A stretch of DNA of 64,000 nucleotides from contig JAHRHZ010000038.1 in the NCBI GenBank assembly GCA_024137785.1, positions 7,516,444 through 7,580,443 of the forward strand, given 5' to 3'. This document shows positions 26,701 through 39,598 of this stretch, piece after piece. This DNA is from Ginglymostoma cirratum (lineage: Eukaryota). Position 1 is the first letter of the stretch. Every line of letters starts with the position of its first letter. Under the pieces are notes generated by a model that saw nothing but the letters and a program-made list of their open reading frames with translations, made no database searches and was not told where the DNA came from. The position numbers were made by a program, and so were the translations under genes.

Positions 26701-27607
26701 CACAGGCAAGGTTCCAGAGGAGTGAAGATTAGCTAATGTTGTTCCCTTGTTTAAGAAAGGAAGCAGGAATAATCCAGGAAATTATAGGCGGGTGAGTCTG
26801 ACTTCTGTGGTGGGAAAGCTCTTGGAGAAGATTCTGAGGGACAGGATATTTGCACATTTGGAAGAAAATGGACTACTTAGCGACAGGCAGCATGGTTTCA
26901 TGCAGGGAAGGTCATGTCTCACCAATCTGATCGAATTTTCTGAAGAGGTGACAAAGATAATTGATGAGGGAAGAGTTGTGGATGTAGTTTACATGGACTT
27001 TGGTAAAGTATTTGATAACATCCCACATGGCAGGTTGGTTCAAAAACTAAAATTACATGGGATTCGGGTTGGGCTGCCTAGATGGATACAAAACTGGCTT
27101 GGTCACAGAAGACCGAGGGTAGCAGTGGAAGGGTATTTTTCAGAATGGAGACTGGTAACTAGTGGTGTTGCACAGGGATCAGTCTGAGGTGCTCTGTTGT
27201 TTGTAGTATATATAAATGATCTGGAGGAAAATGTGGGTGGTCTGATTAGTAAGTTTGCAGATGACATGAAGATTGGTGGAGTTGCTAATAGTGCCAACGA
27301 TTGTGAAAGGATACAACAGGATATAGATAGATTGGCGACTTGGGCACAGAAATGGCAGGTGGAGTTTAATCCAGACAAATGAGAGAATTTGCATTTTGGA
27401 CGAACAAATTTAGGTGTGAATTATACTCTAAATGGCAGAACCCTTCGGAACATTAACATACAGACGAATCTGGGCATGCAGGTTCACGGTTCCCTAGAAG
27501 TGGCAACACAGGTGGCCAAAGTGATTGTAAGGGATATGGCATGCTTGCCTTCATCGGCCAGAGCATGGAGTACAAGAGTTGGCAAAACATATTGCAGCTA
27601 TATAAAA
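26700..27607 (+). mobile_element. CR1 LINE RT segment, relatively young
   Basis: ORFs FKKGSRNNPGNYRRVSLTSVVGKLLE...QHGFMQGRSCLTNL...SGVAQGS and YINDLEE..SKFADDMKIGG; cut off at 27608 by a PLE insertion. Confidence 0.93.
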
Positions 27608-27706
27608 GAGATAAAAGGTACTGCAGATGCTGGAGAATCCGAGATAACAAGCATGGGGCTGGATGAACACAGCAGGTCAAGCAGCATCATAGGAGCAGGA
27701 AAACTT

Positions 27707-27734
27707 GACGTTTCGGGCCTAAACCCTTCATCAG
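27707..27734 (-). ncRNA. Minimal hammerhead ribozyme motif (PLE type)
   Basis: Reverse complement reads CTGATGA-AGGGTTTAGGCCC-GAAA-CGTC. Confidence 0.7.
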
Positions 27735-27817
27735 AAATGGGGGAGGGGAAGAGGGTTCTGAAATAAATAGGGAGAGAGGGGNNNNNNNNNNNNNACCCTT
27801 CATCAGAAATGCCATTT

Positions 27818-27845
27818 CTGATGAAGGGTTTAGGCCCGAAACGTC
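27818..27845 (+). ncRNA. Minimal hammerhead ribozyme motif (PLE type)
   Basis: CTGATGA-AGGGTTTAGGCCC-GAAA-CGTC; intact core, palindromic ACGT stem III, GUC cleavage triplet. Confidence 0.72.
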
Positions 27846-27944
27846 AAGTTTTCCTGCTCCTATGATGCTGCTTGACCTGCTGTGTTCATCCAGCCCCATG
27901 CTTGTTATCTCGGATTCTCCACCATCTGCAGTACCTTTTATCTC

Positions 27945-30635
27945 TGATACATCTTCCTCCTTGTCTGGTATGACCCTAACCACCAGAGATTTTGCCCCCG
28001 ATACCCATTGATTCCAATTTTGCTAGGGGTCCTTGATGCTATACCCAGTTGAATGCAGCCTTTATATCAAGAGCTTTCACTCTCACCTCCGCATTGGAAT
28101 TCAGCTCTTTTGTTCATGTTTGAAACACGACTGTAATGAGGTCAGGAGCTGAGTGCCCCTGGCGGAACCAAAACTGGGCATCACTGAGCAGGTTATTGCT
28201 GAGCAGGTGCTGCTTGATGGCACTGTTGATGATTTCTATCACTTTACTGATGTTTGAGAGACTGATGGGGCAGTAATTGACCAGGTTGAATTTGTCCCAC
28301 TTTTTATGTACAGGACATACTTGGGCAATTTTCCACATTGTCGAGTAAATGCCAGTGTTGTAACTGTACTGGAACAGCTTGGCCAGGGGAGTGGCAAGTT
28401 CTGGAGCACACGTCTTCAGCACTATTGCCGGAATTTTGTCAGGGCCCATAGCCTCTGCAGTATCCGGTGTCTCCAACTGTTTCTTGATATCACTTGGAGT
28501 GAATCGAATTGGCTGAAGACTGGTGTCTGTAATGCTGGGGACCACTGGAGGAGGCCAAAATGGATCATCAACTCGGCACTTCTGGCTGAAGGTTGCTGCA
28601 AATGCTTCAGCCTTAGCTTTTGCACAGATGTGCTGGGCTCTTCCATCATTGAGGATGGGGATATTTGTGGAGCCTCCTCCTCCAGTGAGTTGTTTAATTT
28701 TCCACCACCATTCACACCTGGATGCGGCAGGGTTGCAGAGCTCAGTTGGATCTGTTGGTTGTGGGATCGCTTAGGTCTGTCTATCACTGGCTGCTTTTGC
28801 TGTTTGGCATGCAAGTAGTCCTGTTTGGTGCTTCACCAGGTTTGCACCTCATTTTCAGGTATGCCTGGTGCGGATGGTCACTCTTGCCGATACTGTCATG
28901 GACAAATGCAACTGCAGCTGGCCAATTGGTAAGGATGAGGTCAAGTATGTTTTTCCCTCTTATTGGTTCCCTCACCAAGTGCTGCAAACCCAGTCTAGCA
29001 GCTATGTCCTTTAGGACCTGACCAGCCTGATCTTTAGTACCGCTGCCAAGCCACTCTTGGTGGTGGACTTTGAAATGCCCCACCCAGAGTACATTTTGTG
29101 CCCTTGCCATCCTGAGTGCTTCCTCCAAGTGTTGTTCAACATGAAGAAATATTGATTCATCAGCTGAGGGAGGACAGTATGTGGTAATCAGCAGGAGGTG
29201 CCTGTACTTAACCTATTGCCATGAGACTTCATGGGGTCCACGGTCAATGTTGAGGACTCCCAGGGCAACACCATCCCGACTGTATACCACTGTGTCGCCA
29301 CCTCTGCTGGATCTGTCCTGCCGGTGAGACAGGACATATCCAGTGATGGTGATAGTGGTGTCTGGGACATTTTCTGTAAGGTATGATTCCGTGAGTATGA
29401 CTATGTCAGGCTGTTGCTTGACTAGTCCGTCAGACAGCTCTCCCAATTTTGGCTCTAGCCCCCAGATGTTAGTGAGGAGGACTTTGCAGGGTTGACAGGG
29501 CTATTTCTGCTGTTGTCTTTTCCGGTGCCTAGGTCAATGTCAGCTGATCCATCTGGTTTCATTTCTTCGAGATTTTGTAGCCGTTGGTACAACTGAATGG
29601 CTTGCTGGGCCATTTCAGAGGGTAATTAGGAGTCAAACCACATCACTGTGGGTCTGGAATCATATTTAGACCAGACCAGGTGAGGACAGCAGATTTCCTT
29701 CCCTGAAGGCCTTCCCCACCCTTATCTGACTTCTGTACGGACTTCTCTCTCCGCAACTTCCTCGTCCGCACCACACTCCCCACCGGCACCTTTCCCTGAA
29801 ACTGCAGGAAGTGCTACATCTACCCCTACACCTCCCCCCTCACCTCCATCCCAGGCCCCAAAAAAACCTTCCACATCAGACAGATGTTCACCTGCACATT
29901 CGCTAATGTGGTCTATTGCATCCGCCGCTCCTGATGAACCGCAGAGGCTCGGAGATCACTTTGTAGAGCACCTGCGCTCTGTTCACGACAAACGACAACA
30001 CCTTCCGATCGCCAACCATTTCAACTCCCCCTCCCACTCCCTGGATGACATGTCCATCCTGGGCCTCCTCCAGCGTCACAATGACGCCACCCAGAAACTG
30101 GGGGAGCGGCACCTCATGTTCCACCCTGGGAGCCTACAACCCAATGGTCTCAATGTAGACTTTAATAGCTCCAAAATCTCACCACCCCCAGCCTCATCCC
30201 ATGACCAACTTTCCCTCTTATCCCCGCCTCCTTGACCTGTCTGTCTTCTTTCTCATCTACCCACTCCTCCCACCTCATTGACCAATCCCCACCACTACTT
30301 ACCTGAACTCACCTATCACCATTCCACCTACCTTCCCCAGCCCTGCACCCCTCCCCCATTTATTTCAGAGCCCTCTTCCCCTCCCCAATTTCTGAAGAAG
30401 GGTCCCAACATCAGCTTTCCTGCTCCTCTGATGCTGCCTGGCCTGCTGTGTTCCTCCAGCTCCACACTGTGTTATCTGTGAATCAGATGGGTTTTTCTGA
30501 CAATTGACAATGATTTCATGGTGATCAGTAGATTCTTAATTCCACCATCTGCTGTGGCGGGATTTGAACTTGGGTCTCCAGAATGTTGGCTGAGCTTCTG
30601 GATTAATAGTCTGGCAATAATGCCATGTGGTTGTC
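27945..30635 (-). mobile_element. 5' half of tRNA-headed CR1-group LINE X (head, EN and RT start), interrupted by a PLE at 29710-30477
   Basis: ORFs LVKQQPDIVILTESYL (APE endonuclease), NILDLILTN..SDH, LFQYSYNTG..WKIAQVCPVHKK..QFWFRQGHS; head with B-box GTTCAAATCC (reverse complement at about 30560). Confidence 0.9.
29710..30477 (+). mobile_element. Penelope-like 3' fragment nested in the LINE X 5' region
   Basis: Zn-knuckle (CRKCYIYPY), QRLGDHFVEHLRSV...LQPNGLN GIY-YIG C-terminus, C-rich tail with partly deleted hammerhead. Confidence 0.88.
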
Positions 30636-30851
30636 TTTCATCCGTGGGTAGTGGGACAAACTCCATTTCTTACCCACCCCAACCTACCATCAAACCCAGT
30701 GTGGTCTGAAGATCCCACCGTTTGAGAAAGTTTCTCCTGAGGCAGATGCAGTGCTCTGGTAAATTTCCTCACTTGAGGTCTGGGAATGAAAATTGGAGCA
30801 GCTACAAAGGTTTTTTTCTCAAATTCCACATTAAAAAGACTTTTTGTATAG

Positions 30852-31199
30852 ACAGAGGTATAGATAGAGTGGATAGCCAGAGACGTTTTCCTAGGGTGGT
30901 GGTAGCTATTACGAGGGGGCATAGTCTTAAAGTGAGTGGAGGTAGATATAGGGGAGACATCAGAGATAGGTTCTTTACTCAGAGAGTGGAAGGGGCGTGG
31001 AATGCCTTGCTGGAGAGGGTAGTGGAGTCGGCCTCATTAGGGGCATTTAAGTGGCTATTAGATAGGCATATGGATGATAATATAAGGCAAGGGTATAGGT
31101 TAGATAGACCTTAGGTTTAGGGTAAAAAAGTTCGGCACAACATCGTGGGCTGAAGGGCCTGTACTGTGCTATACAGTTCTATGTTCTATGTTCTATGTT
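30852..31199 (+). mobile_element. CR1 3' end with (TTCTATG)n tail
   Basis: RGIDRVDSQ..TRGHSLKV..FFTQRVEGAWNAL; ends gttctatgttctatgttctatgtt. Confidence 0.9.
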
Positions 31200-32564
31200 G
31201 AGGCTTCCAGCGGTTTTGAGGAAACAATGTTCCAGACATCTTCTGGCAGTTGTTACTGGATATCCTTAATAAAGGCTAAAATCACTCTTAGAATAACAAT
31301 AATTGTATCAAAATCATTTTTAACATTCAACATTAGGAATTATATCATTGCTATGAAGAAATGTTTAAATCGGCAATCTGTGATGACCTTTTTGAAGACC
31401 ATTTTTGAAGACTCTGGTATTCGGATTTGTACTGTAATTAATTCTGGGCAATTTGAAGACCCAATATTTCACTATGATAAAAACTGTGAAGCCATTTTCT
31501 TTACAAGTTTTGCTTTCTATTCGCACCCTTTGAAAATCATTCCTAGATTCTTCAGCAAATTCAGATTACAGCATTGTAATATAATATATGCTTTAGGCAC
31601 ATTTGAAATTAAACAAAAATTAAATGACATTTTAACAGTAAAATGTGTTTGTCTGATTTTCAATGAGGATTCCATCAAAATTACTAATGTTAATTTTCTG
31701 TGAAACAGTAGGTCAAATAACATACGAACATCAGTGAAGACACCTTCACCTCAGGCAATAACAGCAAGGACTTGATGTTTGTCAAAGGCAAGGATTGTTT
31801 GCTAGAATTCCAGGGTTTTAAGAATGGGGCGATTTATGTGAAATGTGTTTATTCTGTCAGGTATGAGGAAGACTTTATTGTATGACCTTTAGAGGTTACA
31901 TAAGTCAAATTTTTGAAAGCACTGTCATTGTAAATTTAAAACAATCATGTTTCAGAAACCAGCAAATGCTAGTGCTCAATTGTTTTAAAATGCCAGCTAG
32001 GCACAGCTAAAAGTGAGAAATGCTGCTATGCCAAGCTGTAGAGCTGTGCATTTGACCTTGACTTCTGTAGTTGCTTTTAAAATTCAGTTCTTCCTTCCTT
32101 ATCTCAAACACCACTTCCAGCAAAGCTGTTGTCGCCATGCAGTCCCCTTTGGCCTGAAGGAGGAAGGTGTTCGTATGAACTAATTTCCCATAAAACCTGA
32201 CCATCTTGAACACGTGATCATTCAAATTCATAATCATAATAAATATCAACTTTCCATTCCGAACAAAATTGAAGTCTTCAGCTGGAATTCTGTGCTGCTA
32301 CTGGCAGTGTGAAGTGAAGTGGATGGGTATAAGATGCAAAACGGCAGGCTCCCAACAGCAGGATGAAAATAGAGAATGAAGGTTGCGACAGAGCAAGCCA
32401 TGGGAGCCTCTTTTTCATGCATCAGGGTATCCTGTGTATTCATTAAAACAACATTTTGTCAGATTATTTGGTACCTTTTCAATTCTCTCTGCAGCAAGTT
32501 AGAACTACAGGCCTTCAGATTCATAACTGCTTAGAGATGGTATGTAGCAGGCAAGGTAGTCATG

Positions 32565-32750
32565 CTATAACAAAATATTGTGGAAGCTGGAGATGCAAAA
32601 TAAGAACAGAAAGTGCTGGAAAAACTCAACAGTTCTGGCAGAAAGAAACAGAATTAATGTTTTGAGTCCAAACTGACTGTTCTTCATTCCGAGCAGAACC
32701 ATTGGGCTCTAAACATTAACTCCATCTCTCTATCCACAGATGCTGAGGTC
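32565..32750. mobile_element. Old, decayed palindromic PLE-tail element
   Basis: Left arm 'gctggaaaaactcaacagttctggcag..cagaattaatgtttt' and right arm 'aaacattaactccatctctctatccacagatgctg' are opposite-orientation tails. Confidence 0.55.
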
Positions 32751-34844
32751 ATCTTCCTGATGGTTTTAGATTAAGTAGGATCTTCTTTTCTTTCACTTGT
32801 TGCTTTGTTGAAAATTGTGAGAGAAACCATTAATGCATAGGAATTGGTTAAACTATATGCAAGGGGAGCAGGGCATGGCTGACTGAGGGAGAAAGGATGC
32901 AGGGTGATGGCTGCGCAAGTGTGACCTGGCATGGCTGATCGAGGGAGGGAGCAATGACTTGTGGTGGACATATTAGGGCTTAGGGCTCGTCCAGGACAGA
33001 AGATAGAAACTAGAATATACAGGAAAGTCAATACCTACAAATGGGTGGTCAAGTATGCCAGTAGGGAGATGCAGGGTTTCAGGTGTACCAGATGGACGAT
33101 ATTGGGGAAGCTCTAGGGTAAACAAAGGCTGAGCATGTGTGATCATGGGTAACTCAACTGCAATGAAGGCAGGATGTGGAAGGTGAAGTGGGGGTCAGGG
33201 ATAATGCAGGAAAGATCAAGAAGGATGGTCTCAATCTCAAGGGTCAATCTGGGACTGCCTAGCAACATAGCTGCGACAACACTAAGAGTCATCTCTACAG
33301 ATCAGAAATGGAGATGTCCATAATGGAGTTGGTAGAGACCAGGGTGATGATGATGCAAAGAATAGTGTTCCCCATTTATCAAAATTTCCCAGGTCAGAAG
33401 TGACATCATGAAGATTGTGCTGGCCAGATTTTTACCATCTCTGCAGTTCACTTCAGATGGTTAAGGGCATCCAGAGTCTGCTATCTCTGGCATATCCTGA
33501 AGAAATCAATAGAAGGTGACCTGATGTCAGGCTCAACAATAACAGAACACCAAAAAAATGGATCATGCAGCTCAGGAGGATAACAATTTGGAGCCGGTGA
33601 GATGCCAGGCATTAACATCAAATTAAATGCACCACAGATGGACAGGCAAAGTCAGAGAGACTGAAGATGTCAAGCCTATTTGCACAACTGCAGGGGCAGT
33701 GATTTTGGCCTTACCTGCAGTGGGGGATGGCATCATTGGCAGAGGGGAGGAGGATAAGCAGCACTCTCTTGATGTGCCCTGAGATGACCCTCTGGTAGCT
33801 AGCTGGTGTTGCCCTAATAAGGCACCTCAATGATTTCAGGAGGAGGAGGGGCACTTAAGGGAAGTTGTGGTGTTTCATTCCCCTTTTGCCTTTGTAGTCC
33901 ATGGTTAAAGTGATGGAAGACAAATCTGAGCACATAAGCAACAGTCACAGAGTATTCTGTTAAACCTGGCTCTCTATCACAATCACCAATTTCTTCATGG
34001 AGTAAACTATACCCTCAAATGTTAGAGCCATTGACAGACCTCAGGACTTGTGTGGACTGTTCTACTTTTCTGTCAAGGCTGCACATGGCCTCTCACATTT
34101 CTGCCAGATGGTTCCTGTCCCTGCCCCCAAACTTCCATAAGATTTCTGATGGCTATTTCCAGGGGCAATATCACCTGCACAGAAATGTGAATGGTTTGCT
34201 ATACAATGTTCGGCAGTCAGAGACTTTAGTTTTCACAACTTCATCAAATGCAAAGATGTGTCTGTTTTACGCTCGCCAGATTGTGACTTAAAGTCTAATC
34301 ATGAAACCATGGATGTGAATACATCTGCACTGGTTCAGGGTATGAGGTGATGCTGTGTATAGCCTTGGACTGGACAGCTTCTTGCTTCCCAGAGGTGGAG
34401 TTTAGGCCTGGTGCAGGCTGATTTTATTATTTTTTATGAGTTTAAGTACCTGTAGTGGAGAACACATAGCATCAGCTGACAGTTAAGCATGTTCCCTTTC
34501 CCCATCACTACATTACACCTGTATCTTATATGCCCAGTCCTGAACACCAGGCTAGAGACACCATCATGCATGCTGGGCATGGATTAAGACCCCCTCTTGT
34601 GTCTGGTAGTTCCCAGTAGTTTGAAATAATCACACTGTTTGCAAAGATACTGGAGATAACATTAAATACATTTCTCGGATCTCACTGTGAATGGCAGGAT
34701 GACACAATGCTGGTCTGATACACTACTGTAATACAATAGTAAGTGATGTGGCATTTTGGATATACATGCATACATGTACGAAACAATATAGTCACCAACT
34801 ATTTTTGAATAATGTAACAACCTTCCTTTAAAATAATATAATTC

Positions 34845-34965
34845 TTCTTTTTAATTCATTCATGGGATGTGGGCATTTAGGCTGGAATGTATTTGTTGCC
34901 CGTCCCTAGTTGCCCTTGAGAAGGAGGTTACGAGCTGCCTTCTTGAACCACTGCAGCCCACATGC
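34845..34965 (-). mobile_element. LINE X 3' tail
   Basis: 'ttcattcatgggatgtgggcatt..ctagttgcccttgagaagg'. Confidence 0.75.
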
Positions 34966-35087
34966 TATATATCACTATAAATGTATCAATTATTAACTAT
35001 TTTGTAATATAGCAAACACAAATTAACAATTGCAGAGAAGCTTGTATTTTGTTGTATCCATGGGAAAGTGTATGCTGTCATCTGCTT

Positions 35088-35445
35088 TGATTTATTACTG
35101 TCATGTGTACCAAGGTACAGTGAAAGGTATTGTCTTACATTCTTTACAGGCAGATCGTTCTATGCAAGTACATCAGGGTAACAGAATGGAGTGCAGGAAA
35201 CAATGTTACAGCTGCTGAGAAGGTGCAGTGAGAAATCAACATGAATATTAAAGAGACCCATTCAAAAGTCTGATAACTGCAGGGAAGAAGCTGTTCTTGA
35301 ACCTGTATGTACATGTATAAAAACTTTTCTTTCTTTGCCTGATGGAACAGGGTAGAAGAGGGTATAACCAGGGTCGGAGTGGTCCTTGATTACGTTGGTT
35401 GCCTTCCCGATGCAGCGTGAGATATAGATGAATGGGAAGCTGGTT
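35088..35445 (-). mobile_element. Rex1/Babar-like LINE 3' end
   Basis: Reverse complement encodes ..KATNVIKDHSDPGYTLFYPVPSG.. and 'aacagcttcttccctgcagttatcagact' (NSFFPAVIR); tail 'tcactgtaccttggtacacatgacagtaataa'. Confidence 0.7.
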
Positions 35446-36480
35446 GTCTCCACGGAAGGCTTGTCAGATACCCTGGTTGATGCATTTTAGTTTTGATGCC
35501 TTTTCTTTCCCTAAATGAAAATAAACCAAAATTTCTAGTGTCTGCAAAAGAGCTTTGGTTTCTGCCTCATCGTCAGAGGTGGAGTGAGCAGATAATAGGT
35601 AAATCGCAGCTGACTTCAGCAGTAATACTTCCCCTTCCCAGGTAGGCCAGCATTACATCACAGGCATTAATAGGATTCAGTCTTTATCTTGCCTGATATG
35701 GTCAGGAGTGTTTGGGGTAATGGTGTTGGACTGCACGTAAAGACTAATACCTAAGGCGTACAGGGAATGTCAGGTTTACAGGGAATGTAGTGCTCATGGG
35801 TGCATTTCAGCTTCAGTGTACCGATGTCTGTGTTGTAGAGTTGCCTTTTGAAGAGTCTCACATTGCTTGAAGCATCCTCCCTCACAAAGTGAAGTAAGTG
35901 TTTTGAAACCCACAGTTTTTGGGTTGATTCTTCCCAGACTTTGTGAGAACTTGGAAAGAATTGTCTGCAAAGTTGAATGAGGCCTTTCTCAATTTCAGGA
36001 GCAAAAAAAAAATAACATTTTCCAACTAAATTCCAGATGTCAAGCTATGATTCTTGCAAAAGGCCAATTGGCAAAGATTATTGCTCATTATCGGCCTTAT
36101 CATTACATAATTTAGCATCATATAATATACACTCTTACAATCTACCACATATCAGATAGAAACTAGACACAGAATTCGACTTGACAACTGCAGCTCATCA
36201 CTTCCTCCTCCAGCCCTCCACCTTGGACACTCAGCACCAAGATCTGGAGGCACACTCCACGGGCAGTGCCACATATACCTCATATTGACGGACACTGGCA
36301 TTTGACATGTGCCAACCTCTTCACACAAGCATGACCCATCTCTGATCCTCTTACGGTATACTTCTGCACTGCCATGTTGTACTTTGGAACACATCAGCAA
36401 CTATCATTGAAAGGCTGCTGCAAGGATCATTTGAACACAGGGACAGACACCCAGCTCACAGATTGGGCTAGGCTGCATCT

Positions 36481-36797
36481 CATAGAACAAAGAACATAGA
36501 ACAGTACAGCACAGTACAGGCCCTTCGGTCCACGATGTTGTACCAAACTTTTTTACCCTAAACCTAAGGTCTATCTAACCTCCACCCTTACCTTATACTA
36601 TCATCCATATGCCTATCTAATAGCTGCTTAAATGCCCCTGATGAGGCCGACTCCACTACCCTCTCCGGCAATGCATTCCACGCCCCTACCACCCTCTGAG
36701 TAAAGAATCTACATCTGACGTCTCCCCTATATTTACCTCCACTCACTTTAAAACTATGCCCCCTTTTAATAGCTACCTCCACCCTAGGAAAAAGGCT
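36481..36797 (-). mobile_element. CR1 3' end, same subfamily as 30852-31199
   Basis: ORF 36588-36803 is nearly identical to the 30.9 kb peptide; catagaac repeats at the end. Confidence 0.9.
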
Positions 36798-36974
36798 GAC
36801 CACTTGTTTTCTTAGAGCTTACTCACTTAGTACCTACCTGAATGCTTTCAGCATCCTTGTCTTACCATGCCTTTTATCATTTTGCCCCCTCAACCAGAGC
36901 TAAAAGGTGCACAGTATTTCTGTCTTAACTTGGCTTTTTGGTGCAGACACAATACCAGAAGCTTGCCATTTTTG

Positions 36975-37358
36975 CAGCATTGGAGGCTGAGGGGTGACCT
37001 TGTCAATGTTTATAAAATCATAAGGGGTATGGATAGAGTGAATAGCAAAGGTCTTTTTCCTAGGGTAGGGGAGTCCAAAACTAGAGGATATTGGTTTAAG
37101 GTGAGCGAGGAAAGATTTAAAAGGGACACGGGCAACATTTTCATGCAGCGTTGTTTTTATGGAATGAGCTGCCAGGGGAAGTGGTGGAGGTTGGTACAAT
37201 TACAACATTTAAAAGGCATTTGGATGAACATATAAATAGGACAGGTTTAGAGGGATATTGGCCAAATTCTGGCAAATGGGACTAGATTAATTTAGGATAT
37301 CTGGTTGGCATGGACAAGTTGGACGGAAGGGTCTGTTTCCATGCTTTACATCTCTATG
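36975..37358 (+). mobile_element. CR1 (HER1-like) 3' end, same subfamily as 18895-19285
   Basis: RLRGDLVNVYKIIRGMDRVNSKGLFPRVGESKTRG; shared 3' UTR. Confidence 0.88.
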
Positions 37359-38244
37359 GCAACATGGTTATTAGCAGTTATCAGTCAAGGGGATAGACCT
37401 GGTGTTACATATCACCATGCTGTGTAAATCTCATACCTGTACTGTATGGCAGTACTGTATGTAGCACACTGCATGTGCTTCAAATGGGTGGCACAGCTGT
37501 TAGTGCTGTTGCAAGTGAGGTATTGAGTGAGTGAATGAATGAGTAAGCAGGCAGCACAAAGGCCAAACAGGTTTGGTTACGTGAGGTAGTTGAGTGAGTA
37601 AGAACAAGTGAGGGAAGAAGTTGCACGCACTAGTGAGAGTGATAAGTGTGTGAGCCTTGGTAGGAGGTGTTATAGCAGCTGAGATAGAGTGAGTGTAGCT
37701 TGGCATTGCTCCAGGCTTCTGGGCATTCTTCCAGTTGACTGAGACTGCACTGAACCTCCATAAAACTCAACAAAAATGACACTTTGCACAAACAACATTG
37801 TATTCCTTTGTTTCTCAAAGTGGTATTATAAGTGTCAACGGAGCTGCCAGTACGCCTGTCAGATCGATCTCTGATGTAGCACCTAGTTAAATTCTGACTT
37901 GTAGTTTGTATTGAATATAATTTGACTGTTAATTCATATTTAAATGATTTTGATTTTTGCTTGCTTATGTTGCATTTTATATTTCCTCTTTTAAATATTC
38001 CAACATTTCACACAGTTTAATATGAGTCTCTAGGAAATCATTCTCTGACTGTGATGCCATATTGAGCTTTGTTTGCAGTACACTAAACTGCTGCCTGAAC
38101 TCAGCATGGTCATTCTTTTCATCTCATGTTCTTCTCTATTTAACACACATGCTATTGAGGTTTGTACTGAAGGTTGAAGATCTGCCTCCTGGATGTCTCC
38201 TCTGCTAACTGCTTGCTGTTTCTGTCCCAAATGTTCTTTTTGTC

Positions 38245-38320
38245 CCATACCATAAGACCATAAGACCATAAGACATAGGAGTGGAAGTAAGGCCATTCAG
38301 CCCATCAAGTCCACTCCGCA
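38245..38320 (-). mobile_element. Short CR1 3' tail with (CCATAAGA)n
   Basis: ccataagaccataagaccataagacataggagtggaagtaaggccattcagccc. Confidence 0.7.
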
Positions 38321-38464
38321 ATACCACATTATGTCTTACTCAACCCTCAGTATTTCCCAGATAGAATTTACTCTCTTGTGCTAGATTTTCATCTTAGAGT
38401 GCTGGAAGGCTCTGGAAATCTTTACTTCCTTGAACTCTCTGAACTGTTTCTCTTTCCTTTTCTG

Positions 38465-38805
38465 TCAATGGTTTGCACTGCTGCTTCACAGCATCAGGGA
38501 CCTGAGTTTGATTCCACCCTCGGAGTGACTGTCTTTGTAGAGTTTGTACGTTCTCCCTGTGCCTGCATGGGTTTCCTCCAGGTGCTCCAGTTTCCTCCCA
38601 CGCTCCAAGGATGTGCAGGTTAGGTAGATTGGCCATGCTAAATTGCTCAAGTGTCCAGGGATGTGCGGTCTAGGTGGGTTAGCCGTGAGAAATGCAGGGT
38701 TACAGGGATAGGGTGGGGGGTGGGTGTGATGTTCTTCAGAGGGTCGGTGTGGACTTGATGGGCCAAATGGCCTGCTTCCACACTGTAGGGATTGTATGAT
38801 TTATG
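38465..38805 (+). mobile_element. HE1-like V-SINE
   Basis: tRNA-like head (gcactgctgcttcacagc..gagtttgattcc), V-domain (gagtttgtacgttctccctgtgcctgcatgggtttcctcc..gtttcctcccac), CR1-type tail (gggccaaatggcctgcttcc). Confidence 0.85.
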
Positions 38806-39459
38806 TGTTTCAATATAGGACTTGAGGGTTTTAATAATTGACTGCAACCCGTTCCTTTGACTTCTCAAGTTTTTTCTCACAGTCCCAGAATTTACCCAAT
38901 CTGTATGGCCCCTGTTTCATTCAATCAATTACCTTTCTTCCATACCTAGGAGCACTTTTCAATCTGTCCTTTGACCTCTGTTAGTACTTTACATGGAGAA
39001 GATTTTGTCTCTAGACCAATAGACATGTGATACTCAACATCGTCAAAGCATCCCAAGAGCTCATCAAAACTCTCTGGATACCTTTACAGAAGATATTTCT
39101 TGCTTCTGATTGGAGGGCAATTTTCAGTGGGCTTTCTGCCTTTAACCCTCAGTGTCGCCTTCTTCATCTCATGGTTTACTGAGATAACTTGCAGCTCTTT
39201 CCAACTGCTTAATGCCAGGATAGTAGGACTGTTTCAATCATGTGGAATGTACAATTCCTTTGTCCCTCTGATTTGGATCAGTCCTAGCTGTTGAATGTCA
39301 GTTGCAATTTACACCATTAGCATGATGTCACTTGTTGTCTTTCCTTTGCTAAGCATTTTACTCCAGATTTTCGGGGATGATTTTACCGCACATTTTGAGT
39401 AGGATGATAATATTTTGCTTGTAGAATATTTTTAAAGCACAGATAAATTGGCAAGATAT

Positions 39460-39598
39460 TTAAAGGATATCAGGGACAGATGAGAATGTGGAATTGGAAC
39501 ACAATCAGATCAGCCATGACATTTTAGAATGGTGGACTGGGCTTGAAGGGCCGAATGGCCTACGTTTGCTCCTAAGTCATATGTTGATATGTTCGTAT
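39460..39598 (+). mobile_element. CR1 3' tail remnant
   Basis: 'gatcagccatga..gaatggtggactgggcttgaagggccgaatggcctac'. Confidence 0.7.

Larger units (their letters stand above)
27608..27944. mobile_element. Inverted Penelope-tail element(s) spanning a 13-N gap
   Basis: GAGATAA...TTATCTC termini; arms are reverse complements; hairpin centre ACCCTTCATCAGAAATG-C-CATTTCTGATGAAGGGT. Confidence 0.85.

Noticed and set aside
31188-31703. 171-aa ORF
   Set aside because: AT-rich intronic sequence with no motifs or splice support
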